From: Oscillospiraceae bacterium
GTDB lineage: Bacteria > Bacillota > Clostridia > UBA1212 > UBA1255
Assembly (NCBI GenBank): GCA_015069165.1
Contig: SVJD01000006.1
Coordinates: 2,276 to 66,275 of the forward strand
Reading direction: 5' to 3'
DNA: 64,000 bases
Shown here: piece after piece, positions 1-10,204 of the stretch
How the letters are laid out: every line of letters starts with the position of its first letter
Position numbering within the stretch: the first letter of the stretch is position 1
The notes under the pieces: generated by a model
What the model saw: the letters and a program-made list of their open reading frames with translations, nothing else
Told to the model about the DNA's origin: nothing
The model's database searches: none
Translations under genes and position numbers: made by a program

Positions 1-803
1 TCTTCAATGGCAGCCTCAGCGCGAACAAGAATCCTGCCGCGGCCCGTTCTGAAAGCCTCACGAATACCCTGCTTGCCTAAAATATTGGCACCGGTCGGGA
101 AGTCAGGACCCTTTATGTACTGCATAAGTTCATCAATGGAAATATCAGGGTTGTCAATTACTTGAATAACACCGTCAATTACCTCTCCCAAGTTATGGGG
201 AGGAATGTTTGTCGCCATACCTACGGCAATACCTGAAGAACCGTTTACAAGCATGTTCGGGAAACGTGAAGGCAAAACAACAGGTTCCATCTCATGTTCA
301 TCGTAGTTAGGTCTGAAATCTACTGTGTTTTTATTGATGTCAGCAACCATTTCCATAGAAATCTTTGACATCTTTGCCTCAGTATAACGCTGTGCTGCCG
401 GTGGGTCGCCATCTCGCGAACCAAAGTTACCTTGTCCGTCAACCAACACATATCTCATTGAAAAATCCTGAGCAAGTCTTACCAAACTATCATAGATAGC
501 TGCATCGCCATGGGGATGGTATTTACCCATTACATGACCTACCGTTGTGGCAGATTTTCTTGTCGCTTTCTCAGGAGTGTATCCCAATTCAAACATTGAA
601 TACACAATTCTTCTGTGAACAGGTTTTAATCCGTCGCGTACATCGGGGAGTGCTCTGTCTACAATAACACTCATAGAATAATCTATAAAAGATGTTTTCA
701 TCTCGTTAACGATGTCCACAGGGATAATTCTGTCGTAATCTCCTGTGCTTACTTCTGCGGAATTTTGCTCCTCAATAGCATCTTTGTTGAATTCATCACT
801 CAT
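1..803 (-). CDS. gyrA: DNA gyrase subunit A (5' part; runs off window start)
   Basis: Not in ORF track. Manual translation from ATG (cat 801-803, RBS aaggag): MSDEFNKD...[26 protein letters not shown]...[26 protein letters not shown]. Confidence 0.95.
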   Translation of the reverse strand, partial: MSDEFNKDAIEEQNSAEVSTGDYDRIIPVDIVNEMKTSFIDYSMSVIVDRALPDVRDGLKPVHRRIVYSMFELGYTPEKATRKSATTVGHVMGKYHPHGDAAIYDSLVRLAQDFSMRYVLVDGQGNFGSRDGDPPAAQRYTEAKMSKISMEMVADINKNTVDFRPNYDEHEMEPVVLPSRFPNMLVNGSSGIAVGMATNIPPHNLGEVIDGVIQVIDNPDISIDELMQYIKGPDFPTGANILGKQGIREAFRTGRGRILVRAEAAIE

Positions 804-855
804 TATAAAAATAACTCCTTTTTGGAATTCTGTTATATGCTTTTACATCTTTTAT

Positions 856-884
856 ATTTTATCACTTTTCTGCAAAAAAGTCCA
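856..884 (-). promoter_or_regulatory. sigma-A-like promoter for gyrA
   Basis: Minus strand TGGACT-N17-TAAAAT with TG extension. Confidence 0.55.
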
Positions 885-890
885 CAAATT

Positions 891-1820
891 TCAACTTTGA
901 CCTGATGCTGCAAGGACTTTTTCGTTGTTATTACGAATCACAAGACCATTGGCTTCTTTGGGTATTCTGACAATAAATTCCATATAATCGCCCCTGTCAA
1001 ATTGGGCTGCCTTTGCCTCAACTCCTGAACGTTTTAAGATAGAAATAGTTTCTTTTATTGTATTAATGAAAATCTTTATATCTCTCACGACAAATTTAAC
1101 ACTGCCTCTTTTTGTCGGTAACTTTTTCTGAACGGGAATAAAATATCCCTTTTCCATTATTTCTTCGTTATATTTTTCTATAGTTCTGTCTATAAGCTCT
1201 TCTGCTTCCTTTACACTGCAATGCTTTTCGCAAATTTGCTTTAAAATCTTAAGCTGAAGCTGCTCATCCGGTATTTTAAGAAGTGCTCTTGCATGTCTTT
1301 CTGTCAATTTATTATCAGAAAGAATCTTTTTCACCATAGGCGGTAATTTAAGTAATCTTACTTTATTGGCAATGGAAGACTGACTTTTGCCGACTTTACG
1401 CGCAAGTTCCTCTTGCGTCATTCCGTGGTCTATCAAAAGACAGTAATATCCTTCTGCTTCTTCCATAAAATTTAAATCTTCTCTTTGTAAATTCTCAATA
1501 AGGGCCAGCACCGCAGAATCATTGTCGGCAGCGCTGTATACAATTGCCGGTACTGTCGTAAGTCCCGCAATTTTAGCGGCTCTTAATCTTCTTTCACCTG
1601 CTATCAATTCATAAGATTGTTCTCCTCTGAGCGGTCTGACAGTAATTGGTTGAAGTATCCCGTATTCTTTAATTGAATTCGCTAAATCATACAAGGCACT
1701 TCTTGAAAATTCCTTTCTTGGCTGATACGGATTTGCCTTTATTTTATTCGTTGGTATTTCTGTAATGTAATCTCTCGGCCTTTCGTTTGCAAAATCCTCA
1801 TGTTTAAGTACACAATTCAT
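891..1820 (-). CDS. noc: Nucleoid occlusion protein Noc (ParB paralogue)
   Basis: ParB CTPase box (LIAGERRLRA), IENLQREDL. HTH region GKSQSSIANKVRLLKL...TERHAR has the Noc-type Q/K/K/R specificity residues. Located downstream of rsmG. Confidence 0.85.
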   Translation of the reverse strand: MNCVLKHEDFANERPRDYITEIPTNKIKANPYQPRKEFSRSALYDLANSIKEYGILQPITVRPLRGEQSYELIAGERRLRAAKIAGLTTVPAIVYSAADNDSAVLALIENLQREDLNFMEEAEGYYCLLIDHGMTQEELARKVGKSQSSIANKVRLLKLPPMVKKILSDNKLTERHARALLKIPDEQLQLKILKQICEKHCSVKEAEELIDRTIEKYNEEIMEKGYFIPVQKKLPTKRGSVKFVVRDIKIFINTIKETISILKRSGVEAKAAQFDRGDYMEFIVRIPKEANGLVIRNNNEKVLAASGQS

Positions 1821-1972
1821 TTAAAAAACCTCCTTTGTAAGTATGTAACGGGTGTTACATAACGGTTATACCTCATTTTCAACAAAAAATAAAGGTTTTC
1901 GACCGTTCTAAAAAGGAGTTTTGTTCGACCAACAGACTGCGTTTTTACCACATTCAGACAATATTCGACTGT

Positions 1973-2689
1973 TTACAGCGGGTTTTTCTTCGGAATGCCG
2001 GCTTTTCGCGGGTAACGAGTCGACAAAAAGTTGTTCTTTTTTACGCATATAATTCGACGTGTAAAGTCGCTTTCAGGCAAAGTGAATACTTCTTCGGACA
2101 TAATCTCTCCCGACAACTCTTTTAATGCGCTGTCATAAGAATCTTCCTCATTTGAGCCTTTCATAGCAATAAAACAACCGTCTTTTTTTACAAAAGGCAT
2201 ACAATATTCAAGTAAAATATTCATAGGTGCAACTGCCCTGGCCGTAACGCAATCAAATTTTTCACGAAGCTTTTTATCTCTGCCGCCATCTTCGGCTCTT
2301 GCATGTATAGCGCGAATTCCTTTAAGTTGTAATTCGGAAATTACAGTATTCAAAAAGTTCACGCGCTTTCCCAATGAATCCAATAAAACAACTTCCGTAT
2401 CCGGACACATAATTTTTAACGGAATTCCCGGAAATCCCGCTCCCGTTCCTATATCTGCCAAACTTTTACACTTTTGGTTTTCCACGTACGGAATGATTGT
2501 TATACTGTCCACAAAATGCTTTATAACTACTTCCTTAGGCTCACAAACAGCTGTAAGATTCATCACTTTATTCCATTCAAGCAATAAATCACCATATTTA
2601 GAAAATTTTTCTAATTGTTCGTCTGTAACTATTATATTTAACTGAGCTGCTGCCGATTTAAAAAATTCGGCTAATTCTAAATTCAACAT
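1973..2689 (-). CDS. rsmG: 16S rRNA m7G527 methyltransferase
   Basis: WNKVMNLTA, DIGTGAGFPG, TARAVA, YPRKAG. Confidence 0.96.
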   Translation of the reverse strand: MLNLELAEFFKSAAAQLNIIVTDEQLEKFSKYGDLLLEWNKVMNLTAVCEPKEVVIKHFVDSITIIPYVENQKCKSLADIGTGAGFPGIPLKIMCPDTEVVLLDSLGKRVNFLNTVISELQLKGIRAIHARAEDGGRDKKLREKFDCVTARAVAPMNILLEYCMPFVKKDGCFIAMKGSNEEDSYDSALKELSGEIMSEEVFTLPESDFTRRIICVKKNNFLSTRYPRKAGIPKKNPL

Positions 2690-4608
2690 TACTTTTCCTC
2701 CTCAGAGGTTTTCCCTTCAGCACTGAAAAAAATCATAAGCGCAGTTATATCCGCAGGAGAAACACCTGTAATTCTACTTGCTTGTCCCATTGATTCAGGC
2801 TGTATTTTAGTAAGTTTTTCTCTTGCTTCAAGGCAAATATTTTTTACTACGCTGTAATCAAACGGAACAGGAAGACGTTTTTTCTCCAATTTTCTGAATT
2901 GATTTATCTGAATTTCCTGTCTTTTTATATATCCTTCATATTTTACGGAAATTTCTACCTGTTCTGCCTCTCTGAATGTAAGCTCGGTTTTTTCACTGTT
3001 TTCTTGTTCTGCTTCATATTCACATATTAAGTCATAACTTATCTCAGGTCTTCTTAATAAATCCGCCAAAGTACAACTTCCTTTTAAAGGAGTTGAATCC
3101 ACTCTTGCCATCAATTCATTTATTTTTGTTCCCGGTGACACAAAAGTATTATTGAGTCTTTCAATTTCCTTTTGAATATTTTCCATTTTTGTCTTAAATT
3201 TGTTATAACGTTCTTCGGTAATAAGTCCGGCCTCGTAACCCTTTGGTGTAAGTCTGCTGTCAGCGTTATCTTGACGTAAAACAAGTCTGTATTCCGCACG
3301 TGAAGTCATCATTCTGTAAGGTTCACGAGTTCCGCGTGTAACCAAATCGTCAATAAGAACACCTATGTAACCCTCGGAACGGTCAATTACGATAGGTTCT
3401 TTTCCTTGAAGCTTTCTTCCTGCATTTATTCCGGCCATCAAACCTTGCGCCGCAGCTTCTTCGTAACCTGAAGAACCGTTTATCTGTCCTGCACAGAAAA
3501 GTCCGTCAACTATGCGGCTTTCTAAAGATAATTTTAATTGTCTTGCATCTATTGCATCATATTCTATTGCATATGCGGGTCTCATAATAGAAGCTTTTTC
3601 CAAACCTTCTATTGAATGGATAAAGTCACACTGTACATCCTCCGGTAAACTGGAAGACATTCCCTGAACGTACATTTCTTCCGTATCGCTTCCCATAGGC
3701 TCTATAAAAAGCTGATGGCGTTCTTTATCTGCAAATCTCATTATTTTATCTTCTATTGAAGGACAATATCTCGGTCCGACACCTTCAATCATTCCGTTAT
3801 AAAGAGGTGATCTGTGCAAATTAGCCTTAATTATATCATGTGTACGCCGGTTTGTATGCGTAAGATAACAAGGAAGCTGCTCATTTTGCGGTGCGTCTTC
3901 ATCAAATGAGAAAGAAAAAGGTAAATCATCGCCGTGTTGAGGTTCTGTTTTTGAAAAATCAACACTTTGTCTGTTAACTCTCGGCGGTGTACCTGTTTTT
4001 AATCTTATTATAGAAAATCCCAAATCTGCCAAACAGCCTGATAATGCGTTTGCCGGAAAATGTCCGTCCGGTCCGCTGCTGTAACTGTACTCTCCGATAA
4101 TTACTTTACCTTTAAGATATGTTCCCGTACACGCAATTACACATTTACAGCCATATTCCGCGCCTAAATGTGTAGCAACACCTGTTACTTTAGGTATACC
4201 GTTTTCTCCCATTTCCGTAAATATCTTTACTATTTCTGCTTGCTTTAAATCAATATTTTTTTCTAATTCAAGCAAGTGCTTCATTTCTGACTGATAACGT
4301 CTTCTGTCAATCTGGGCTCTGGGTGAATAAACGGCAGGACCTTTTGCTTTATTAAGAAGTTTTGTCTGAATTGCAGTTTTATCCGCAATTTTTCCCATAA
4401 CTCCGCCCATCGCATCTATTTCGCGCACAAGTTGCCCTTTGGCAGTTCCTCCAATACTTGGATTACATGCCATATTTGCAACACTGTCTATATTTACACC
4501 GAATATTACCGTTTTAAATCCCAATCTTGCGGCAGCCACAGCAGCTTCACATCCTGCGTGTCCTGCACCTATTACCGCAACATCATAATCTTCAAAATGT
4601 ACACCCAT
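2689..4608 (-). CDS. mnmG: tRNA uridine 5-carboxymethylaminomethyl modification enzyme
   Basis: GAGHAGCEAA, CNPSIGG, GPRYCPSIEDK, AGQINGSSGYEEAAAQG. Confidence 0.97.
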   Translation of the reverse strand: MGVHFEDYDVAVIGAGHAGCEAAVAAARLGFKTVIFGVNIDSVANMACNPSIGGTAKGQLVREIDAMGGVMGKIADKTAIQTKLLNKAKGPAVYSPRAQIDRRRYQSEMKHLLELEKNIDLKQAEIVKIFTEMGENGIPKVTGVATHLGAEYGCKCVIACTGTYLKGKVIIGEYSYSSGPDGHFPANALSGCLADLGFSIIRLKTGTPPRVNRQSVDFSKTEPQHGDDLPFSFSFDEDAPQNEQLPCYLTHTNRRTHDIIKANLHRSPLYNGMIEGVGPRYCPSIEDKIMRFADKERHQLFIEPMGSDTEEMYVQGMSSSLPEDVQCDFIHSIEGLEKASIMRPAYAIEYDAIDARQLKLSLESRIVDGLFCAGQINGSSGYEEAAAQGLMAGINAGRKLQGKEPIVIDRSEGYIGVLIDDLVTRGTREPYRMMTSRAEYRLVLRQDNADSRLTPKGYEAGLITEERYNKFKTKMENIQKEIERLNNTFVSPGTKINELMARVDSTPLKGSCTLADLLRRPEISYDLICEYEAEQENSEKTELTFREAEQVEISVKYEGYIKRQEIQINQFRKLEKKRLPVPFDYSVVKNICLEAREKLTKIQPESMGQASRITGVSPADITALMIFFSAEGKTSEEEK

Positions 4609-4619
4609 ATTATCGACTC

Positions 4620-6023
4620 CTATTTTCCAAGACAGAATTTACTGAAAATTGTTTCCATTACATCTTCTTCTATGGATTCTCCTGTAATTTCTCCCAAAAA
4701 TTTGCCGCATTCCCATATATCGTAAGAAATGCAATCAAGCGGCATATTTAAAGTAAAACTTTCTCTTGCCTTTCTTAAAGCTCCGAGAGCTGAATCAAGC
4801 AGTCCTTTATGTCTTTCGCTTGTTATAACTGTTTGATTCTCTGTTATTTCACCGATTTTCATAAGTTCTTTTATTTTTTCAAACAATAACTTAATTCCCG
4901 TTTCTTCCTTTACTGATATTTTGACGGAATCTTCGGAGAAAATTTCTGCTGTATTTGCCGCTTCTATATCACATTTATTCAGAACCGTAATTATACTTTT
5001 TAATGGGAACTTTTCTTTTATTTCATCAAGTAAAACTTTTGAAGCTTCTGCGCGCTCAATATTAGAAATATCTGCCATAAATACCACAACATTACTGTTT
5101 TCAATAGCTTCATAAGATTTATCCACACCTATTCTTTCTACAACATCAGTAGTTTCTCTAAGTCCTGCCGTATCTGTCAAAATAATGGGAATTCCCTCAT
5201 AGTCAATGCTTTCTTCTATTGTATCGCGTGTTGTACCTGCAATATCTGTAACAATAGCTCTTTCATAGCCGGAAAGTAAGTTAAGCAAAGAAGATTTTCC
5301 GACATTCGGTATACCTGCAATCGAAATTCTAATACCTTCTTTTAAAATTCTTCCTTGATAAAAGGTTGATGACAAGTTTTCCAATATTTTTTCACTTTCA
5401 TCTAAAAGGCTCATGGCAGAATTTCCGGTTTCTTCTTCCATTTCGTATTCCGGATAATCAAGTGCAACTTCAATTTCAGCAAGGCAAAGTTTTAATTTTT
5501 CGCGAATTTTTACAATTTCGCGTGTTAACCTGCCGGATAATTGCTGCGCTGCAGTTTTTCTGCCCGATTCCGTACGAGCATTGATTATATCCATTACAGC
5601 TTCTGCTTTTGAAAGGTCAATTCTACCATTCAAAAAAGCTCTTTTTGTAAATTCTCCCGGTTCGGCAGGTCTGATACCTAATTTAAAAAGTATAGATAAA
5701 ATTTTTTTCATAACAGCATAGCCGCCGTGAGAATTTATTTCTACAATATCTTCTTTTGTATATGAATGAGGCCCTTTCATAACACTTAAAAGACACTCAT
5801 CAATAATTTCTTCCGTTTCCGGATCTATAATATTGCCGAATTTTATCGTATGAGAAGACATACGGGCAACCGTATCTACTTCAGTTGCCCGCTTATTAAC
5901 GCCTCTAAATATCTTGTTTGTTTTTTCAATTGCTTCATTGCCGCTGATACGTATTATACCTATTCCGCCTGCACCTTGAGGAGTGGAAATTGCTGCAATT
6001 GTATCTTCGTTATTATATCTCAT
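4620..6023 (-). CDS. mnmE: tRNA modification GTPase
   Basis: DTIAAISTP, GIPNVGKSS, GTTRD, DTAG, C-terminal FCLGK. Confidence 0.97.
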   Translation of the reverse strand: MRYNNEDTIAAISTPQGAGGIGIIRISGNEAIEKTNKIFRGVNKRATEVDTVARMSSHTIKFGNIIDPETEEIIDECLLSVMKGPHSYTKEDIVEINSHGGYAVMKKILSILFKLGIRPAEPGEFTKRAFLNGRIDLSKAEAVMDIINARTESGRKTAAQQLSGRLTREIVKIREKLKLCLAEIEVALDYPEYEMEEETGNSAMSLLDESEKILENLSSTFYQGRILKEGIRISIAGIPNVGKSSLLNLLSGYERAIVTDIAGTTRDTIEESIDYEGIPIILTDTAGLRETTDVVERIGVDKSYEAIENSNVVVFMADISNIERAEASKVLLDEIKEKFPLKSIITVLNKCDIEAANTAEIFSEDSVKISVKEETGIKLLFEKIKELMKIGEITENQTVITSERHKGLLDSALGALRKARESFTLNMPLDCISYDIWECGKFLGEITGESIEEDVMETIFSKFCLGK

Positions 6024-6029
6024 AAATTA

Positions 6030-6689
6030 TCAGAATTTCTTAACGTATGGTCTTGTTTTTACTATTACACAACGATTAGGCTCAATTCCCTGACTCTCTG
6101 TCACAACATTTCTGTTGCTTTGAAGAGTTGAGTGAATAATTCTTCTCTCGTATGCCGGCATAGGATCCAAAGAAACAGGTCTTTTATATTTAGTAACTCT
6201 TGCAGCAGCTCTGTTAGCTATTGAAACAAGAGTTTCTTCTCTGTGCTTCCTGTAATCCTCTATATCAATGTAAACACGTTTGTAATCTTCTTTACCTTTA
6301 TTTACCAAAATACTTGCAAGGTAGTTAATAGCATACAAAGAATCGCCGTGTCTGCCTATAAGATGAGAAACATCGTTACCGGAAATGTTTACTTTTATAA
6401 CCGGAATTCCATCTTCTTCCTCTTCTGTAATAATATATTTAGGATAATCATCTTCACTGCGAGATCTGTTTATTATTTCATCCAAGAAATTTGCTACTAT
6501 TTTAGTATCCGGAATATTTACCGTAACTCTCACTTTTGCACCTTTTCCGCCGAAAATACCGAGTTTAGCTTTGCTTCCTTCGTCTAAAATATCTACTTTT
6601 GCATCTTCAAGCTCAATATTTAATTCTTCCAATGCAAGTTGAATTGCCTCATCAATTGTTTTTGCTTCTTTCTCTACAAATTCAGGCAT
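6030..6689 (-). CDS. jag: RNA-binding protein Jag/EloR/KhpB (KH + R3H)
   Basis: Jag-N, LIGRHG KH loop, ERRIIH R3H motif, synteny. Confidence 0.92.
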   Translation of the reverse strand: MPEFVEKEAKTIDEAIQLALEELNIELEDAKVDILDEGSKAKLGIFGGKGAKVRVTVNIPDTKIVANFLDEIINRSRSEDDYPKYIITEEEEDGIPVIKVNISGNDVSHLIGRHGDSLYAINYLASILVNKGKEDYKRVYIDIEDYRKHREETLVSIANRAAARVTKYKRPVSLDPMPAYERRIIHSTLQSNRNVVTESQGIEPNRCVIVKTRPYVKKF

Positions 6690-7419
6690 TTTTCACACTT
6701 CCTTCTTTTTTCTTTGTAAACACATTTCTTATTAAATATGTTTGTAATATACTCAAGACATTACCAACTGCCCAGTAAAGAGCCAATCCGGCCGGAACCA
6801 TAAATCCGAAAATCAATGTCATAAAAGGCATAACTTTCATCATACCGTTCATAGGATTAGGTGCCGCGTCTTTGTTTTCATCTTTTTTTGTTTTTGCTTT
6901 TTTCATTGACAACATCTGTGAAAGATATGTTGTAGCAAATGCAAGTATCGGGAATAATAAAAGCGGTAAATAAAGCTTGTAATCCGCTTTATCCAATGTC
7001 CATACTTTCCACTCAGGTGTAACACTCAAATCGAAAATTCCGAGGAAAATTTTATTAACGTCTGCTCCTATATACTTTTCTACATCTCTGATGATCTCAT
7101 AAAGAGCCATGAGAATAGGAAACTGCAACAACATAGGAAGACATCCCGCCAAAGGATTGATGTTGTATTTTGTATAAAGTTTCTGTTGTTCTTGTTGTAA
7201 TCTGTTTTGATCGTTGCCGTACTTTTGTTTTAAAGCTTCAATTTCAGGCATAAGCGCCTGTTGTTTATCCATTGTTCTTTGTTGACTTAAATTCAACGGA
7301 AATAAAAGAAGTCTTGCAAAAATTGTAAACAGTATAATGGCAAGTCCATAACTGTCAAATGCAAGATATTCATAGATGTATTTAATTAAAATACCAAACG
7401 GTTTTGCTATAAAGCCCAC
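6682..7419 (-). CDS. yidC: Membrane protein insertase YidC/SpoIIIJ
   Basis: YGLAIILFT..RLLLFPL, GCLPMLLQFPIL, PAGLALYW. Confidence 0.93.
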   Translation of the reverse strand: MGFIAKPFGILIKYIYEYLAFDSYGLAIILFTIFARLLLFPLNLSQQRTMDKQQALMPEIEALKQKYGNDQNRLQQEQQKLYTKYNINPLAGCLPMLLQFPILMALYEIIRDVEKYIGADVNKIFLGIFDLSVTPEWKVWTLDKADYKLYLPLLLFPILAFATTYLSQMLSMKKAKTKKDENKDAAPNPMNGMMKVMPFMTLIFGFMVPAGLALYWAVGNVLSILQTYLIRNVFTKKKEGSVKNA

Positions 7420-7450
7420 TTAATAACAATCCCTTCTTTTTAATGTTTTT

Positions 7451-7660
7451 TTATTTCACGGGATCATATCCGCCTTTACAAAACGGATTGCATCTTAAAA
7501 CTCTCCACAATGACATAAAAAAACCCTTAAATGCCCCATATTTTTGAATAGCTTCTAAAGCATACTGGGAACAAGTAGGATAAAATCTGCAACAAGGCTT
7601 CTTTATCGGCGAAATATATTTCTGATAAAATCGTATTAGTGTTATAAATACCTTTTTCAA
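7451..7660 (-). CDS. yidD: Membrane protein insertion efficiency factor
   Basis: [28 protein letters not shown]. Confidence 0.95.
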   Translation of the reverse strand: MKKVFITLIRFYQKYISPIKKPCCRFYPTCSQYALEAIQKYGAFKGFFMSLWRVLRCNPFCKGGYDPVK

Positions 7661-8025
7661 ATTAACATCCCCAATGAAGAAGAAAGCCTTTTAATCTCTT
7701 TATCTACTTCCCTATAAGTCGGAATAGAAACAGCTTTTAGTTTTTTGTTAGGAGAATCGGCTTTTCTTTCAGATGCTCTGGCCATAAAAATAATGTCATA
7801 GCCCGTCTTCATCTGATCGCGGGAAAGACGGTAAGATTCTCTTATAAGGCGTTTCATTCTGTTTCTCTGAACACTGTTGCCAAATCTTTTTCCCGTCGTT
7901 ATCCCGATTCTGTTAAATTCTTTTTTATTGGGCAAAACATACATTACCAAATGTTTACCGGCTTTGTAGCGCCCTTTTTTGTATACTGTCCGAAATTCAG
8001 TATTTTTTTTGAGGGTAAAATTCAT
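7657..8025 (-). CDS. rnpA: RNase P protein component
   Basis: [25 protein letters not shown] (RNR motif). Confidence 0.93.
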   Translation of the reverse strand: MNFTLKKNTEFRTVYKKGRYKAGKHLVMYVLPNKKEFNRIGITTGKRFGNSVQRNRMKRLIRESYRLSRDQMKTGYDIIFMARASERKADSPNKKLKAVSIPTYREVDKEIKRLSSSLGMLI

Positions 8026-8049
8026 TATAACTCCTCCAAAAAATTAAAC

Positions 8050-8184
8050 TTATGCAGACAATACTTTTCTTCCTTTTTGGCGTCTTCTTCTTAATACTTT
8101 TCTGCCATTAGCTGTTTTCATTCTTGCACGGAATCCGTGAACTTTGCTTCTTTGTCTTTTTTTAGGCTGATACGGTCTTATCAT
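8050..8184 (-). CDS. rpmH: 50S ribosomal protein L34 (44 aa)
   Basis: Not in ORF track. Manual translation [44 protein letters not shown]; RBS aaggagg. Confidence 0.97.
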   Translation of the reverse strand: MIRPYQPKKRQRSKVHGFRARMKTANGRKVLRRRRQKGRKVLSA

Positions 8185-8264
8185 ATCGGCACCTCCTTCA
8201 TCCATTATGTTTTTAAAAACACACATTTTAACCCTTTTTTATTTTAGGGCAAAAAGCACGCTAT

Positions 8265-8293
8265 ATTATACTTGTACGCACTTAAAAAGTCAA
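8265..8293 (-). promoter_or_regulatory. sigma-A promoter of rpmH operon
   Basis: Minus strand TTGACT-N17-TATAAT. Confidence 0.75.
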
Positions 8294-8426
8294 TAAAAAT
8301 TAATTTTTTTGAGTTAAAAAATTTTTTTTAAAATGTTTATCACAACATGTGGTAGATATACAAGAATAAAGCACAAATAGTAGTAAAATGCAAGAAAATA
8401 GGGCATTTTTTACAAAAAATAGCCTA

Positions 8427-8456
8427 TTGCATTTCCGTATTGTTTTCTGTTATATT
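8427..8456 (+). promoter_or_regulatory. Candidate sigma-A promoter of dnaA
   Basis: TTGCAT-N18-TATATT with TG extension. Confidence 0.45.
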
Positions 8457-8595
8457 ATTACAGCACAAAAAAAGTACAGTACTTTTTCAAGTGATTTTTC
8501 TGCTTTTTGATTTTTCATAAGCGGCTTACATAGGATGACTATTTTTTAATTAACAAAAGCTTTATGAAGTATGATGGAAATTCCGGAGGAACCCT

Positions 8596-9951
8596 ATGGA
8601 AACGCAAGGTTACACGATCGAAAATATAAATGAAATTTGGACAAAGTGCAAAGGTAAACTTAAAGATATAATTCTTTCTGTTCACTACGAAACTTTTATA
8701 GAATCTTTAAAACTCGTTGAAATAATCGGAGATACTGCTCATTTTACAGTTCCGTACGAGTTTTGCATCAATACTCTTGAAACAAAGTATTATAATGATA
8801 TAAAAAATATTCTCAATGAAGTTACCAACCACTGTTTTGTAACTTTAGCATTTCACTTAGAAGGGGAATATGAACCTAAAATTAACAATAATACCGTTAT
8901 TTCAAAAAATTCAAGCGAAGAATTAAATATGCATAAGTCAAATCTTAATCCTAAATATACATTTGATTCTTTTATAATAGGAAACAGTAACAGAATGGCT
9001 TATGCTGCTGCCGTGGCAATTTCCGATTCTCCCGGAACGGCATATAATCCGTTATTTATTTACGGTAATTCAGGTCTCGGAAAGACTCACTTGATGCACG
9101 CAATAGGAAATCAAATTTTAAAAAATGATCCTACGAAAAAAGTGTTATATGTTACTTCTGAAGTTTTCACAACAGAATTTATCGAAGCGATTGCAAATAA
9201 AAAGAATAATGAATTCCGTAATAAATACAGAAAAATAGATGTTCTTTTAATTGACGATATTCAATTTATATCTCGAATGGAAAGAACACAAGAAGAGTTT
9301 TTCTATACATTCAGTTCTTTGTATGAAGAAAAAAAACAAATTGTAATTTCTTGCGACAGCCCGCTTAATAAAATTGAAATTCTCGAAGACAGGCTTCGTA
9401 CAAGATTCGGTTGGGGATTAATTGTTGATATTCAGGTACCGGATTTTGAAACAAAAGTTGCAATTCTTAACAGGAAAGCCTCAGAAAATTCCATAGATGT
9501 AGATAATGAAATTCTCGATTATATTGCAAATTATACAAGTGATAATATCAGAGAACTTGAAGGTGTGATAAATCATCTTTCAATTTCGCTTATGCAAGGT
9601 AAAGAAATTACTCTTAATTTGGCAAAAGAAGCTTTAAAGCATTACCAAAAGAGTGATATTCAGGAAATAGATGCAAATATTATTATAGATAGTGTTTCCA
9701 GATACTTTAATTTAAGTGTAGAAGACATTCTTTCGAAAAAGAGAACAAAAGAATTGGTTTTCCCGAGACAAATATCAATGTATTTGTGCAGAACCCTTAC
9801 AGATATGTCTTATCCGGACATCGGAAAGGCTTTTAACGGCAGAGATCATACGACTGTAATGTATGCCTGTGACCAAATTACTAAACAAGTAGACACTAAT
9901 CCAGAGCTCAAACAAATAATGGAAGAGCTTAAAAAGAATATTATAATTTGA
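8596..9951 (+). CDS. dnaA: Chromosomal replication initiator DnaA
   Basis: LNPKYTFDSF, YNPLFIYGNSGLGKTHL, LLIDDIQF, GRDHTTVMYA. Confidence 0.98.
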   Translation: METQGYTIENINEIWTKCKGKLKDIILSVHYETFIESLKLVEIIGDTAHFTVPYEFCINTLETKYYNDIKNILNEVTNHCFVTLAFHLEGEYEPKINNNTVISKNSSEELNMHKSNLNPKYTFDSFIIGNSNRMAYAAAVAISDSPGTAYNPLFIYGNSGLGKTHLMHAIGNQILKNDPTKKVLYVTSEVFTTEFIEAIANKKNNEFRNKYRKIDVLLIDDIQFISRMERTQEEFFYTFSSLYEEKKQIVISCDSPLNKIEILEDRLRTRFGWGLIVDIQVPDFETKVAILNRKASENSIDVDNEILDYIANYTSDNIRELEGVINHLSISLMQGKEITLNLAKEALKHYQKSDIQEIDANIIIDSVSRYFNLSVEDILSKKRTKELVFPRQISMYLCRTLTDMSYPDIGKAFNGRDHTTVMYACDQITKQVDTNPELKQIMEELKKNIII

Positions 9952-9953
9952 TT

Positions 9954-10175
9954 TTTTCCACAGAAAAAAGTGGATATGTGGAAAAATCCCTGTGGACAAA
10001 TTGTGGAAAAAATCATAAAATAATTATGCTGTGGAAACTGTGGATAATTTTTCACGGTTATTAACAGGGTTATCAACAGGCAAATTTGCCTATATATAGC
10101 TAAAAATTTAACTTTTCCACATAATCCACAGATACTACTACTACTACTACTAAGAATATTATATTATATTATAAA
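9954..10175. other. oriC: about 11 DnaA boxes, DnaA-trios and AT-rich unwinding element
   Basis: Boxes include TGTGGATAA 10039-47, TTATCAACA 10070-78, TTTTCCACA 10113-21, TAATCCACA 10122-30. These are followed by (TAC)6 at 10133-50 and an AT-rich tract. Gene orientation switches nearby. Confidence 0.92.
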
Positions 10176-10204
10176 AAGCGATGTGCATCCGGAGGTTATT
10201 TATT

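Noticed and set aside
9954-10152. CRISPR-like or microsatellite repeats
   Set aside because: These are DnaA boxes and DnaA-trios; no repeat-spacer array or cas genes seen anywhere in the window
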